From Dehalococcoidia bacterium (GTDB taxonomy: Bacteria; Chloroflexota; Dehalococcoidia; Bin125): a stretch of DNA of 64,000 nt. Of the stretch, positions 18,222-27,684 are shown piece after piece. The notes below the pieces were generated by a model, which was given only the letters and a program-made list of their open reading frames with translations, had not been told where the DNA came from and did not search any database. Each line of letters begins with the position of its first letter. The stretch's first letter is position 1. The stretch is from assembly GCA_034421135.1 (NCBI GenBank), contig DAOUKQ010000029.1:76357-140356 (forward strand). The letters are read 5' to 3'. A program made the position numbers and the translations under genes.

Positions 18222-19610
18222 ATGACGCGAAGTATCTCCGCTTTCGCCACATGGCGGCGCCACACGTTCGCAGCGCTCAACGATCGTCACTTCCGCGTGC
18301 TCTTCGCAGGCACGATGTTCGCCACCTTCGGCTACATGATGATGATGATGGTCATGGCGATCGTCGCCTATGACCTGTCTGGCAACAACACGGCGGTGGG
18401 GCTGATTGGGAGCGGGGTCGGACTGGCGATGCTGCTGGCCCCGTTTGGCGGCGTGATCGCCGACCGGGTGAATCGCAAGCGGTTGATTGTCCTGGGACAG
18501 GGCGGCGGAGCGGGGATGCTGATCCTGACGGGTCTGCTGCTCGCCTTCGACCTGATGTCGCTGCCCTTGATGTTCGTCTTGATGATGGTGCTGGGCTTCA
18601 CCTTTGTGCTGATGGGACCGGCCCGCAACGCCTTCACCGCCGATCTCGTGGGTCCGCGGCTGATCGGCAATGCGGTGGTGCTGAACCAGTTGGCCCATAC
18701 CTGGGGAGCGCCGTTCTCACCCTTCATTGCGACCTTCGCGATGGATTCGTTCATCGGTTCCGGCGGCACATACATGTTGATGGGCGCGCTAGTCAGCGTC
18801 GGCGTCTTCACGATGGTCATCATGCCGAATCGCGGCAAAGTGGCGAGGCGCGCCGAGACGACCGATGGGCCGATCCGGAGCGTGCTCAGCGACATCGCCG
18901 ACGGAGCCCGCTACGTGTGGCAACGGCCATCGTTGAGGTTGATGCTCGCCGTGTTCGTCAGCGCGGTCGTGATTGGCTTCCTCTTCCGCACGTTGGCGCC
19001 GGCCCTGCTCGAAGAGCACCTGGGCCGCAAGTCGACCGAGATGGGGCCGCTCCTGTTGGTCTATGGACTCGCATCAGCGGCCGTATCGCTCTTTGTCGCC
19101 GGCGCAGCGACCACGCGCTGGGCCTGGCCGGTCGTGCTCATCATGATCGCGGTGATGGGCGTTGGTTACTTCGTGCTTGCACAGGCTCAAAGCTACGGCG
19201 GCGCGATGATCTCCATGGCTCTGCTCGGTCCCGGCATGATGGGACCGGTCATGATCCTCCAGGCGCGGCTGATGATGCACACCGAGTCGGCCTACTACGG
19301 CCGGGTCATGTCATTCACCATGATGTCGTGGGGCGTGCAGATGCTCTGCGGGCTGCCGGCCGGGATTCTCGCGGACATGATTGGCGAGCGGGAGGTGCTC
19401 GCCGGAGCGGGGCTACTCTCGGTCGTCGTTGCGGTGCTGGCGACGCTCGGTTGGCTAGCGATTCGCAAGCACGACCGTCCGCCGTTGCCGGCGATTCCAT
19501 CTCTGGCGGGCGAAACAAATGGCGGAGGCGCAGTGGCCGTACAAGCCATGCCCCCACCGCCAATGCTCCGCTCGGTGGCGCTGATGTCGGGTCAGAAGCT
19601 CGACAACTGA
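18222..19610 (+). CDS. MFS transporter
   Basis: 462 aa, ~12 predicted TM helices, MFS-type loop motifs (GVIADRVNRKRL). Confidence 0.7.
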   Translation: MTRSISAFATWRRHTFAALNDRHFRVLFAGTMFATFGYMMMMMVMAIVAYDLSGNNTAVGLIGSGVGLAMLLAPFGGVIADRVNRKRLIVLGQGGGAGMLILTGLLLAFDLMSLPLMFVLMMVLGFTFVLMGPARNAFTADLVGPRLIGNAVVLNQLAHTWGAPFSPFIATFAMDSFIGSGGTYMLMGALVSVGVFTMVIMPNRGKVARRAETTDGPIRSVLSDIADGARYVWQRPSLRLMLAVFVSAVVIGFLFRTLAPALLEEHLGRKSTEMGPLLLVYGLASAAVSLFVAGAATTRWAWPVVLIMIAVMGVGYFVLAQAQSYGGAMISMALLGPGMMGPVMILQARLMMHTESAYYGRVMSFTMMSWGVQMLCGLPAGILADMIGEREVLAGAGLLSVVVAVLATLGWLAIRKHDRPPLPAIPSLAGETNGGGAVAVQAMPPPPMLRSVALMSGQKLDN

Positions 19611-19703
19611 GCGGGCGACCCGCCTCTGGTCCATTTTCCTGATGTAGGGGCGATCCTTGTGGTCGCCCTGCCTGCTCTCTGCGGTTGCCTCGCCCCGAGA
19701 AGA

Positions 19704-19874
19704 CTTGCGTGTAAACCGACCCGGTCCAGTCCCCGACTTGTTCGGGGACCCGTTCCCGTTCGGCTCTACCGGGTATCTACCAGGTACGAGACGGGGAGCC
19801 GAGCGGGTCCCCGAACAAGTCGGGGACTGGGCGGAGTGCGCCATCGCTTTGAAGCTCGGGTTCACGCGCAGGCC
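19704..19874. repeat. MITE/REP-like palindromic repeat, family A copy 1 (TIR GAGACYTGCGYGTAAACC; core CAGTCCCCGACTTGTTCGGGGACCCG ... CGGGTCCCCGAACAAGTCGGGGACTGG)
   Basis: Same ~170-bp element recurs at 32188-32362, 33533-33706 and (degenerate, inverted) 51690-51870; strong internal inverted repeat. Confidence 0.75.
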
Positions 19875-19891
19875 TCCAGCGGGAGGGGAGG

Positions 19892-20614
19892 TTACTCCGA
19901 GGTGAAGGCCAGCGCCGGCGGACCGTGCCGATGATCCTCCAGGGCGGAGAGCCGACGTTCGATCGCCTGGAGCCTTGAATCGATATCGCGGATGGACAGC
20001 TCCGCCACGCGAGCGAGCAACGCATCCCAGGGAAAGTCTCGGCCGGGGTCCGACTTCTGCCGCGTCAGTTCGCTGTGGCCGACGTGGTGGCGGCGGTCGA
20101 TGGGGATGCCGTACTTCGCGCAGATGAAGGCCGACCAGGCGGCGACTGTCTCGAACTGACGGCTGCCTGGCTTGAACGTCTCGCCAATCTGGCGGGCGTA
20201 GCCCTCGATCTCGATCGACAACATGCACGCGTTGTAGCTGATGTACTCGTCCCGCCACCAGGCCGGACGCGGGAGGATCAGGTCCTTATTGCGCACGCCC
20301 TGCGCCCAGGCGAAGTCCTCGTCGCGGACCATCTGATAGAGGTCGCCGTCCGAGTCGGCGTAGTAGTTGGTGCTCGCGTTGGCTCGCGGGTCTTCGAACC
20401 AGGCCGGCGTGACCTCGTTGTCGTCCCACGGCTCTTCCGGCGTGTGGTAGCAGATCGCGACGAAGCGGCGTTGCGCCCCCGAGTAAGGACGCGACCCCGC
20501 CGCGTAGTAGTTCGACCGATGCGCCGGACGCCAGATCGTGCGAGCGCCCTCGGGCAATCCCGCGATGCCCGCCAGGTCCGGCGCAGGTTGGTTGGGTGTG
20601 GTTGCGGTGGTCAC
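19892..20614 (-). CDS. N-acetylmuramoyl-L-alanine amidase (Amidase_2/PGRP, T7-lysozyme-like) - phage endolysin
   Basis: 240 aa; zinc-amidase pattern ICYHTPEEP ... SIEIEG ... HHVGHSELTRQKSDPGRDFPW; C-terminal coiled tail. Confidence 0.7.
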   Translation of the reverse strand: MTTATTPNQPAPDLAGIAGLPEGARTIWRPAHRSNYYAAGSRPYSGAQRRFVAICYHTPEEPWDDNEVTPAWFEDPRANASTNYYADSDGDLYQMVRDEDFAWAQGVRNKDLILPRPAWWRDEYISYNACMLSIEIEGYARQIGETFKPGSRQFETVAAWSAFICAKYGIPIDRRHHVGHSELTRQKSDPGRDFPWDALLARVAELSIRDIDSRLQAIERRLSALEDHRHGPPALAFTSE

Positions 20615-20882
20615 TCGGGGTCTCCCGTCCGGTTGTTGCGATCTTCCCGGCTGCGCAGGACGCCGTAGCCGGCAGCCACCGCGACGGCAATCGAGCGCAC
20701 GGCGTCGGACGCGGGAAGCCCGACCAGACCGGTTTCCAACGCGGCCCAGACGCCGATCATGCCAATCGCGATCATCGCCCTGACGCTGCCGCGCGGCAGC
20801 CAGAGCGGGTTGGGATCCGGGCCCGACTCCGGTTCCGGCCGCGCAAACGGACTTGTCTGTCCTGACTGTTCACTCACAATGC
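20611..20882 (-). CDS. Putative holin-like small membrane protein (GTG start)
   Basis: ~90 aa with two TM helices (AMIAIGMIGVWAALETGLVGL; AVRSIAVAVAAGYGVL) immediately upstream of and overlapping the amidase start; the longer Arg-rich 191-aa ORF-track version is rejected. Confidence 0.4.
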
Positions 20883-20908
20883 GTTCCTTTCCGGTTGCGG
20901 CGGCGGAC

Positions 20909-21211
20909 TCAGCCGCCGCGCACGATGAATGCCGAGGCCAGGCCGATCGCGGCCAGCAGCACCGTGCCGCCGCCGAGGGCGACGTAGAGCCGGTCGATGC
21001 GGGCGTCGATCTGGTCGAGTCCGCTCTCGATCCGGCGCAGGTACTGCCAGAGCGCGTCGGTCTGACTCTCGTGTACAGGCTCGGAGCGCGAAGTCGGGCA
21101 GCCGTCCGGCGCCGACTCGTTGACGGCGCCGGACGGCTTCGAGCTTCTTCGCGCGAAGTGTGGAATGGACATGATGCTCCTCTCATTCGGTTGTTGACCC
21201 AGTCCCCGCAT
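20909..21211 (-). CDS. Hypothetical small protein with C-terminal TM anchor (phage lysis-module associated)
   Basis: 100 aa (or 87 aa from MSIPHF); C-terminal TM LYVALGGGTVLLAAIGLASAFIV. Confidence 0.35.
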   Translation of the reverse strand: MRGLGQQPNERSIMSIPHFARRSSKPSGAVNESAPDGCPTSRSEPVHESQTDALWQYLRRIESGLDQIDARIDRLYVALGGGTVLLAAIGLASAFIVRGG

Positions 21212-21229
21212 GACGTGGGGACTGGGTCA
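21195..21229. repeat. Perfect 12-bp-stem hairpin TGACCCAGTCCCC-N9-GGGGACTGGGTCA sharing the CAGTCCCCG motif of repeat family A
   Basis: Seen directly; lies between two minus-strand genes. Confidence 0.6.
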
Positions 21230-21244
21230 GGGATGAGCGCCGCG

Positions 21245-21664
21245 CTAGGCGGGCGCAGCCGGGAACGGGTCCCGTCCCGCCGCCGACTCCCGCCAGCGCT
21301 CGGGGAGTTCGTCCAGCGACTCGGCCTCGCGCCACTCGATGGCGCGGTGCTTGAGGTACTTGACGGCCGGGACGGGCATCCAGCGTTCCTCCTCGCTCAG
21401 TTCGCGGCCCGTCGAGTCGACATCCTCCGGGTTGCGCATGAGGATGTCGTACTCCTGTAGACCCTGGCCTCGGGCCCGGACGAGCTGGTACTCGTGGTGG
21501 CTGAGCAGGATCCGCTGTTCGCGCGGAGCGATCGTCGGCGGACCCTCCGGCTGTCGCTTCTTGGTTCTGGGTGCCATCGGTCGGTTCCTTTCGGTCGTCC
21601 CCGTGGACTCACAGGGGTCCCACAGGGGAAGTGTGGTGGTGGGTAGGTGGTCAGCTCGGACCAA
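21245..21664 (-). CDS. Hypothetical protein (phage module)
   Basis: 139 aa ORF, no recognisable domain; the real start is possibly the internal MAPRTKKRQ. Confidence 0.3.
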   Translation of the reverse strand: MVRADHLPTTTLPLWDPCESTGTTERNRPMAPRTKKRQPEGPPTIAPREQRILLSHHEYQLVRARGQGLQEYDILMRNPEDVDSTGRELSEEERWMPVPAVKYLKHRAIEWREAESLDELPERWRESAAGRDPFPAAPA

Positions 21665-21968
21665 AACCGGCGTTGATCTCGGTTGCCAGCCATGGCTGGG
21701 CCTCGATCGCCAGCGAATCGTGCGGCAGACCTTGCGCCGCCGCCGTTTCCAGCAGCAGACGCTCGGCCTCGCGCAGATCGTGGAAACCGTGACCCAGTAG
21801 CGCGTGATCGCGGCCGAGATACTCCCGGCCGTGACGGTCGCGCCTGGGCGTCTTCAGATACGCCCGCTGCGCTCGGAGGCCGCCTCCCAGACGCGGCGCC
21901 GAGTAGCGCTCGGACCGCGTCTGGGAGAAATCGGCCGGCGACCAGAGGCCGCGTTCGTCAAGCGGCAT
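21651..21968 (-). CDS. Hypothetical protein (phage module)
   Basis: 105 aa ORF between the capsid and downstream genes; no recognisable domain. Confidence 0.3.
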   Translation of the reverse strand: MPLDERGLWSPADFSQTRSERYSAPRLGGGLRAQRAYLKTPRRDRHGREYLGRDHALLGHGFHDLREAERLLLETAAAQGLPHDSLAIEAQPWLATEINAGFGPS

Positions 21969-21970
21969 GG

Positions 21971-22861
21971 CTAGACTCCGTCCGCGGTGATCTGGCAGCC
22001 GTGATGGGAGAATCCGGCAATGCCCGTGTCGTAGTCAGCCATCGAGCGCAAGGTGACGCCGGGCCACTCGGCTTCCTCGAAGATCGACATCTCCCAATCC
22101 ATCGAGCAGGCCCAGACCAGCGCCTCGGTGCCAAACATCGAGCAGATGTAGTCGCCGGCGCCGTCCGGGGCCATGTAGCCGTCGACGAACACCGCCGTGC
22201 CCATCAGCGGAATCTCGGACACGTGGAAACGGCGGATCAGCCGCTCGGAAATCCCCGCCGGGATCCAGTTCGAGTTGCTGCCGACGCCCGACACGCCAAG
22301 GTCCTCAAGCACGTGCTCGGCGACGACCGGCGAGAGCACGGTGACGACGTCGCCGCGCGGCGGGCCGCCCTTGGAGCGCTTGACCGACTGCAGCACGCGG
22401 CGCGCCTCGCGCAGCTTGGCCAGCGTCAGCTTCTTGCCGGTCGCGCCGATGTCGTTGTCGGTGTGCCAGTTGGCGAACTCGCCGGTCAGGTCGGTGTCGA
22501 TGTCCTGGCCCTGCGAGAGCGCCATCTCGTCCGAGACGAGCCGGACCAGGTCCTGTTGCGAGTAGTTGATCGCGCGCACGTGGATGCGCACGTAGATCGC
22601 GCGGAACGTGGGCGAGATCGTGGTGCTCGCCAGGGTGAAGCGCGAGGTGGTCGAGAGCTCGTTGCCCTCGCTCGGCTTCTGCACGGTCGAAACGCTCGAC
22701 ACGCGCGGAATCTGGGCGCTGTTCGAGCCCTTGGGCACAATCAGCTTGCGCGCCAGCGAGAGCATCGGCGCCGACTGCGGCATCTGCGCAATCGTCCGCT
22801 CGACCATCGCCGCGTAGGACGCTGAAATGTTGGTGGAGAGAGTGTCGGCCATGTGGGGCAT
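21971..22861 (-). CDS. Putative phage major capsid protein (HK97-fold-like)
   Basis: 296 aa, size and position directly after a scaffold-like acidic protein; mixed alpha/beta composition; assignment by context and length, not a verified motif. Confidence 0.45.
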   Translation of the reverse strand: MPHMADTLSTNISASYAAMVERTIAQMPQSAPMLSLARKLIVPKGSNSAQIPRVSSVSTVQKPSEGNELSTTSRFTLASTTISPTFRAIYVRIHVRAINYSQQDLVRLVSDEMALSQGQDIDTDLTGEFANWHTDNDIGATGKKLTLAKLREARRVLQSVKRSKGGPPRGDVVTVLSPVVAEHVLEDLGVSGVGSNSNWIPAGISERLIRRFHVSEIPLMGTAVFVDGYMAPDGAGDYICSMFGTEALVWACSMDWEMSIFEEAEWPGVTLRSMADYDTGIAGFSHHGCQITADGV

Positions 22862-22948
22862 TCCTTTCTGTGCGGTCCGTCATTCCCGCGGGCGCGGGAA
22901 TCGACGTGTACAAATGCGTTCGCGCGTGCGGGCGCGTTCGCGTGCGGT

Positions 22949-23392
22949 TCAGGCTTCGGGGTGCGCCGCCAACCAGTTGGCGAACTGAGCCCGGCGCTGC
23001 TGCCGCAGGTCGTGCCCTTCCGCCGAGCGGATGAACTCGGTCCACTCGTTGACCGAACCGGGCTGCGGCGCCGGAGCGCCGCCCTGCAGTCCGGATGTGG
23101 GACGCTGGCGAGCCGAGCGGACTTGAGACTCGAACTCGCGCGTCAACTCGGCGCGGACGGTCTGCTCCCGCTCACGTGCCGCGCGCTCCGCGATCAGATC
23201 GCGCCAGGCGTTGGCGACATCGCCGGGCTGCTCCGACGACGCGAGCCGTTCGCGCTCATCCGGAGAGAGCTCGCCAATCGCCGAGAGCATCGCCTCACGC
23301 AGGGCCGTATCGCCGTCGGCGGGTCGATCGTCCGGCTCCGGCAGATCGCCGGGCGGCGCTTCCATCGTGACCGTGGTCGGTGCTGCATCCAT
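22949..23392 (-). CDS. Putative phage scaffolding / head-assembly protein
   Basis: 147 aa, acidic N-terminus, Arg/Glu-rich predicted coiled-coil (ERAAREREQTVRAELTREFESQVRSARQ); directly upstream of the capsid-like gene. Confidence 0.35.
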   Translation of the reverse strand: MDAAPTTVTMEAPPGDLPEPDDRPADGDTALREAMLSAIGELSPDERERLASSEQPGDVANAWRDLIAERAAREREQTVRAELTREFESQVRSARQRPTSGLQGGAPAPQPGSVNEWTEFIRSAEGHDLRQQRRAQFANWLAAHPEA

Positions 23393-23476
23393 CGCATGCC
23401 TCCAAACAAACTGAGCGCCGACGGCTGGTGTCCGTCCGGCGCTCGGAGGCGCGCATTGGTGTCGACGCGATGTATC

Positions 23477-23490
23477 TGAACATATGTTCG
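23477..23490. promoter_or_regulatory. LexA (Cheo-type SOS box) TGAACATATGTTCG
   Basis: 13/14 match to the Gram-positive/Chloroflexi/Actinobacteria LexA consensus CGAACATATGTTCG (GAAC-N4-GTTC perfect); in the 250-bp divergent intergenic region between the scaffold/capsid/lysis operon (-) and the fused CoA-transferase (+). Confidence 0.6.
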
Positions 23491-23640
23491 TTCCAAGCGC
23501 ATTGCAAGCGCTTCGTTGTGACGCGAGTTACTGTTCGCTACTGCGAACGCAGACCCTCAGCGCGGGCGGATCCGCCCAGCCTCCGCGCCGCATGATCCTC
23601 TCCGACGCCGGTCTGGCGGGTCTTCGCTTATCCTCCGCTC

Positions 23641-26070
23641 ATGCTGACCGAAACCAGAATTCTCGACCTGACCGACGAACCGTTGGCGCTGGGCGCGCGA
23701 CTCCTGGCCGACCTGGGCGCGGAGGTGGTTCGCGTCGAAGACGCCGCGGGCGACCATCTACGCATGAGGGAACCGGCGATTGATGGCCACGCACCTCGCT
23801 GCGAGCGCGGCTGGGCGCACCTGCTCTACAACGCCGGTAAGCGTTCCGTCGCGGTCGACGTCGCCGATCCTCAGACGTGGTCCCGGATCGAATCGCTGTT
23901 GCCGGAGTTCGATGCGCTCCTCGCTCCGCTCGCGCCCCGGGATGTGTCCGACGCGCTGGCCGAGTGGCTCGAACGCGGACGGCGCGGGGAATGGGCGTCT
24001 GAGATTCCGGTCGTCGACGCCGTGTTCCGCTTCGGCGCCGACGAGCCGATGACCGACCTGACCGCGATGGCCGCGGGCGGGCATGTCGTGCTCAACGGTC
24101 ACCCCGAGGACCCGCCGGTCTGGCCAGGCGGCAATCTCTCGCACAAGCAAGGTTCGATCTCAATGGCCGAGGCCGCCATGGCGCTCATCCTGCAACGCCG
24201 ACGAGGCGGAGGGTGCGGGCGTATCACGGTCGGGATGCAGGAGGCGGTCGCCTTCACCACGTTGCAGACCGCCAGCGGCAACTTCTGGACCTGGCACGGC
24301 ATGTCGCCCGACCGTCACATCCCGATCGGCTCCGGCGCCACCTTCCAGGCCGGCGACGGCCATTGGCTCTCGTTCACGATCCATCCGCCGCACTGGTACC
24401 GATTCGTCAACTGGGTCGACGAGGTGCTCGGCCTTGAGCCGGGCGAGTTGCGCGGCGAGCACTGGGACGACGAGTTCTGGCGCGAGCAGCAGCAGGACGA
24501 GATCAGAACGTACATCGACCGGCTCTGCAAGGCGCTCAGCATCGGCGAACTCCACGATCGAGGCCAGGAGCTTGGCCTGCTGGTGCTGCCTATCAACACC
24601 GTCGAGGAGGTCGCCGAGGACCCGCACCTCTGGGCTCGCGGCTACTACCAGGAGACCGAACACCCTCAGCTCAACCGGGCGCTGATCCTCCCACGCCCCG
24701 CCGTCCGCACTCGAGGCGAGCAACCCCAGGCCGTACGAGCTCCACACCTCGGCGAACACAACGACGAAGTCCTCCCAAGCTCCCCCTCCGATCCCCTCTC
24801 CCTGCGGGAGAGGGCTAGGGTGAGGGTCCCCTCCGCCACGCTCTACGACACCCAACCCCCACCCCGACGCCCGCTCGACGGCGTCCGCGTGATGGACTTC
24901 ACCTGGGCAATCGCCGGATCTCTCGGCACTCGGCTGCTTGCCGACCTCGGCGCCGAGGTGATCAAGATCGAGTCCGAATCACGTATCGATCCGATCCGCT
25001 ACCGCGGCGTGCAGCCGCCCGATCACTTCTCGATCAACACCAACGGCACGTTCAACGACTGCGCCGGCGGCAAGAAATCGGTCACGCTCAATCTCAAGAC
25101 CGAAGAGGGCATTGAGGCCGTCCGCCGCCTGGCTGAACAGGCCGACGTGGTCACCTCCAACTACACGCCATACCGGCTCGACCGCTGGGGCATCGGCTAC
25201 GACGACCTGCGCAAGATCAAGGACGACATCATCGTCTGCAACGTCGCTGTGATGGGCATCGAGGGACCGCGAGCCGAATGGCGCTCCTATGGCAACGGCA
25301 TCATTGCGATGTGCGGTCTGGCCCATCGTTCGGGCTTCCCTGGTCGCGCGCCGATCGGTCTGGGCACGTTGCACTCCGACTTCACGGTCCCCTACTACCT
25401 GTCGATGTCGGTCATGGCCGCGCTCGATGAGCGAGAGCGCACCGGCAACGGTCGATACCTCGAAATCGCGCAGTACGAGACCGCCGTGCAACTGCTCGAC
25501 ACCGAGCTGATCGAGGCGCTCAACGGCGCCGGCGAGCGTCCGCGCATGGGTAACCGCTCGCCGTTCATGTCCCCGCACGGCGTCTTTCCCGCCATCGGCG
25601 ACGACCGCTGGGTCGCCATCGCCTGCCGCGACGACGCCGACTGGCGCAACCTGTGCCGCGTCATCGGCCGTGCCGACCTGGCCTCGCGGGACGACCTCTC
25701 AACCGTCGCCGGTCGTAAGGCCAGCGAGGACGAGTTGGAAGCGATCCTTTCAGGGTGGACGCAATCGCAGGACGAGTGGACGTCCTACCGCTTGCTGATC
25801 AACGCCGGCGTTCCAGCCAGTCCGGTCGAGCGTCTTGAGGATTTCTTCGTCGGTCAGGACCCGGCGATGAATGACCACTTCAACCCGGCCGAGTCGCCCG
25901 AGGGCTGCACCTTCCAGATTCAGCAAGAACCGATCCTCTGGGACGGCCATCGCCTACCCGCCGTCCGAGCCCCGATCTGGGGAGAGCACAACGACGACAT
26001 CCTGCGAAACCTCCTCGGCTACTCCGAAGAAGACATGATCCAACTCGCCGCCTCAGGCGCGATTGGCTAA
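23641..26070 (+). CDS. Tandem-fused double CoA-transferase family III (CaiB/BaiF) protein
   Basis: 809 aa; domain 1 starts LDLTDEPLALGARLLADLGAEVVRVE and ends with the canonical C-terminal APHLGEHNDEVLP; domain 2 starts LDGVRVMDFTWAIAGSLGTRLLADLGAEVIKIE and ends APIWGEHNDDIL; the ~30-aa linker (SPSDPLSLRERARVRVPSATLYDTQPPP) is encoded by a family-B repeat (24786-24836). Confidence 0.75.
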   Translation: MLTETRILDLTDEPLALGARLLADLGAEVVRVEDAAGDHLRMREPAIDGHAPRCERGWAHLLYNAGKRSVAVDVADPQTWSRIESLLPEFDALLAPLAPRDVSDALAEWLERGRRGEWASEIPVVDAVFRFGADEPMTDLTAMAAGGHVVLNGHPEDPPVWPGGNLSHKQGSISMAEAAMALILQRRRGGGCGRITVGMQEAVAFTTLQTASGNFWTWHGMSPDRHIPIGSGATFQAGDGHWLSFTIHPPHWYRFVNWVDEVLGLEPGELRGEHWDDEFWREQQQDEIRTYIDRLCKALSIGELHDRGQELGLLVLPINTVEEVAEDPHLWARGYYQETEHPQLNRALILPRPAVRTRGEQPQAVRAPHLGEHNDEVLPSSPSDPLSLRERARVRVPSATLYDTQPPPRRPLDGVRVMDFTWAIAGSLGTRLLADLGAEVIKIESESRIDPIRYRGVQPPDHFSINTNGTFNDCAGGKKSVTLNLKTEEGIEAVRRLAEQADVVTSNYTPYRLDRWGIGYDDLRKIKDDIIVCNVAVMGIEGPRAEWRSYGNGIIAMCGLAHRSGFPGRAPIGLGTLHSDFTVPYYLSMSVMAALDERERTGNGRYLEIAQYETAVQLLDTELIEALNGAGERPRMGNRSPFMSPHGVFPAIGDDRWVAIACRDDADWRNLCRVIGRADLASRDDLSTVAGRKASEDELEAILSGWTQSQDEWTSYRLLINAGVPASPVERLEDFFVGQDPAMNDHFNPAESPEGCTFQIQQEPILWDGHRLPAVRAPIWGEHNDDILRNLLGYSEEDMIQLAASGAIG
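24786..24836. repeat. Family-B REP-like hairpin repeat (CCCTCTCCCTGCGGGAGAGGGCTAGGGTGAGGGTCC) inside the CoA-transferase linker
   Basis: Near-identical motif at 29455-29500; CTCTCCC-N3-GGGAGAG palindrome. Confidence 0.65.
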
Positions 26071-26122
26071 CCATTGCACCCGCCCAGCTCGGACTTCAAA
26101 CCCTCGACATGCGATGAGCTGG

Positions 26123-27448
26123 TCAGGGAATGTCAGGGTCGTAATCCATGCCGATGTGACCCCGCTCGACCAGGCCGGCGATCTCAGCGTCTGAGAAACC
26201 GAGCACCTCGCGATAGACGTACTCGTTGTCCTCACCCAGCGCGACGGGCGGCTTGCGGATGCTGAGCGGCGTCTCGGAGAACTTCATGAACGGAGTGTTG
26301 AAGCGGAATCTGCCGACGCCGTCGTGCAAATCGTGCGCTTCATTCAGGCCGCGGAACTGAACGTGCGGATCGTCGTAGATGCGCGCCGCTTCCAGGACCG
26401 GCGCAGCAGGAACGCCGTGGGACTGCAGCAAGTGCATCAGCTCGTAGTCGTCTCGTGACGAAGTCCACTCGCCGATTCGCTGGTCTAGCTCGTCGTGCCG
26501 CGCCATCCGGCCCTCGTTGTAGCGCAATTCCGGATCACGAGCCCACTCAGGATCGCCCATCGCCTCGCGCAGGCCGAACCACTGCTCGTCGTCCATCACC
26601 GAGATCGAAATCCAGCGGTCGCCGCCATCCGATCCATCGCCGTCGGACTTCGCCGGATACAGGTTGTACGGCGCATATCCGTCCACCGAGCGATTGCCCC
26701 GACGCTCCTGCACGACTCCGTTGAAGGAGTAGTCCATGAAGGCCTGGGCGAGCATGCCTCCTGCGCACTCGGCTTGCGCGAGTTCGATGAACTGACCCTC
26801 GCCGGTGCGCCGACGATGCCGCAGCGCGGACATGACCGCGAATGCGCCATGAGCGCCGGCCACATAATCCCCGGAGAAGATCGACGTGATGTACGACGGG
26901 TCGAGATCGGGATATCCGCGCAGGAGTGTGTGTCCCATCACCGATTCGAGATGTACGCCCAGCGCTCGGGCGTAGAGGTACGGACCGCTCGCGCCGTAGG
27001 CCGGCATCCGCACGGCGACCAGGTCCTCGCGCGCCTCGCGGAGGAAGTCGGGGCCAATGCCAATCTTCTCCAGCGTGCCGGTCGCGTTGTTCTCGACCAG
27101 CGCATCGGACTCGGCCACGAGTCGCGCGAAGATCTCGCGGCCCTCGTCGGAGACCAGGTCAACCGTCATTGAGTGCTTGTTGCGGTACTGCTGCACGAAC
27201 GTGGGGCAGTAGTTCCACGGTCGAGGCCCGGGCTCGGCGTTGGGATACCCCATCGCCCAGCCTGCGCCGGCGCTCACCAACGCCGGCGAAGGACGCGCCT
27301 GACCGCCGCGCGTCATCGGCTGCCAGACGTGCATGTTCTCGACCTTGATCACCTCCGCGCCAAGATCGGCGAGCAACGTCGTGGCAAACGTCCCCGCCCA
27401 GACGACGGTGAGGTCAATCACCCGGATTCCCGACAGCGGTAAGGTCAT
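26123..27448 (-). CDS. CoA-transferase family III (CaiB/BaiF) protein
   Basis: 441 aa; LSGIRVIDLTVVWAGTFATTLLADLGAEVIKVE. Confidence 0.75.
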   Translation of the reverse strand: MTLPLSGIRVIDLTVVWAGTFATTLLADLGAEVIKVENMHVWQPMTRGGQARPSPALVSAGAGWAMGYPNAEPGPRPWNYCPTFVQQYRNKHSMTVDLVSDEGREIFARLVAESDALVENNATGTLEKIGIGPDFLREAREDLVAVRMPAYGASGPYLYARALGVHLESVMGHTLLRGYPDLDPSYITSIFSGDYVAGAHGAFAVMSALRHRRRTGEGQFIELAQAECAGGMLAQAFMDYSFNGVVQERRGNRSVDGYAPYNLYPAKSDGDGSDGGDRWISISVMDDEQWFGLREAMGDPEWARDPELRYNEGRMARHDELDQRIGEWTSSRDDYELMHLLQSHGVPAAPVLEAARIYDDPHVQFRGLNEAHDLHDGVGRFRFNTPFMKFSETPLSIRKPPVALGEDNEYVYREVLGFSDAEIAGLVERGHIGMDYDPDIP

Positions 27449-27465
27449 AGACGCAATCCTAGTCC

Positions 27466-27684
27466 CTACTCGAACAACGAACGCGGCAGGCCGGAACGTC
27501 GGATGATCGCGGCGAGGGTGCCACGACGCAGCGTGCGGTGCAGCGGTACGGTAAGCGGCCGATTGAGATCGCCGTCGGGTGACACGAAATTCACATGGCT
27601 GCCGCGTTGGCTGAGTTCTTCGATGCCATTCCGCGAGAGTGTCTCGCAGACTTGCCGCCCCGACAGCGCTCGTAGCTTAGCCAA
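27466..27684 (-). CDS. hicA: HicA family toxin (second copy)
   Basis: 72 aa; SQRGSHVNF...TLAAIIRRSGL. Confidence 0.7.
   Translation of the reverse strand: MAKLRALSGRQVCETLSRNGIEELSQRGSHVNFVSPDGDLNRPLTVPLHRTLRRGTLAAIIRRSGLPRSLFE

Noticed and set aside
20611-21186. 191-aa minus ORF spanning the region between the amidase and the small TM protein
   Set aside because: The N-terminal two-thirds is Arg/Ser/Ala low complexity and overlaps another ORF. Only the C-terminal ~90 aa, from an internal GTG, looks like a real two-TM holin-like protein.
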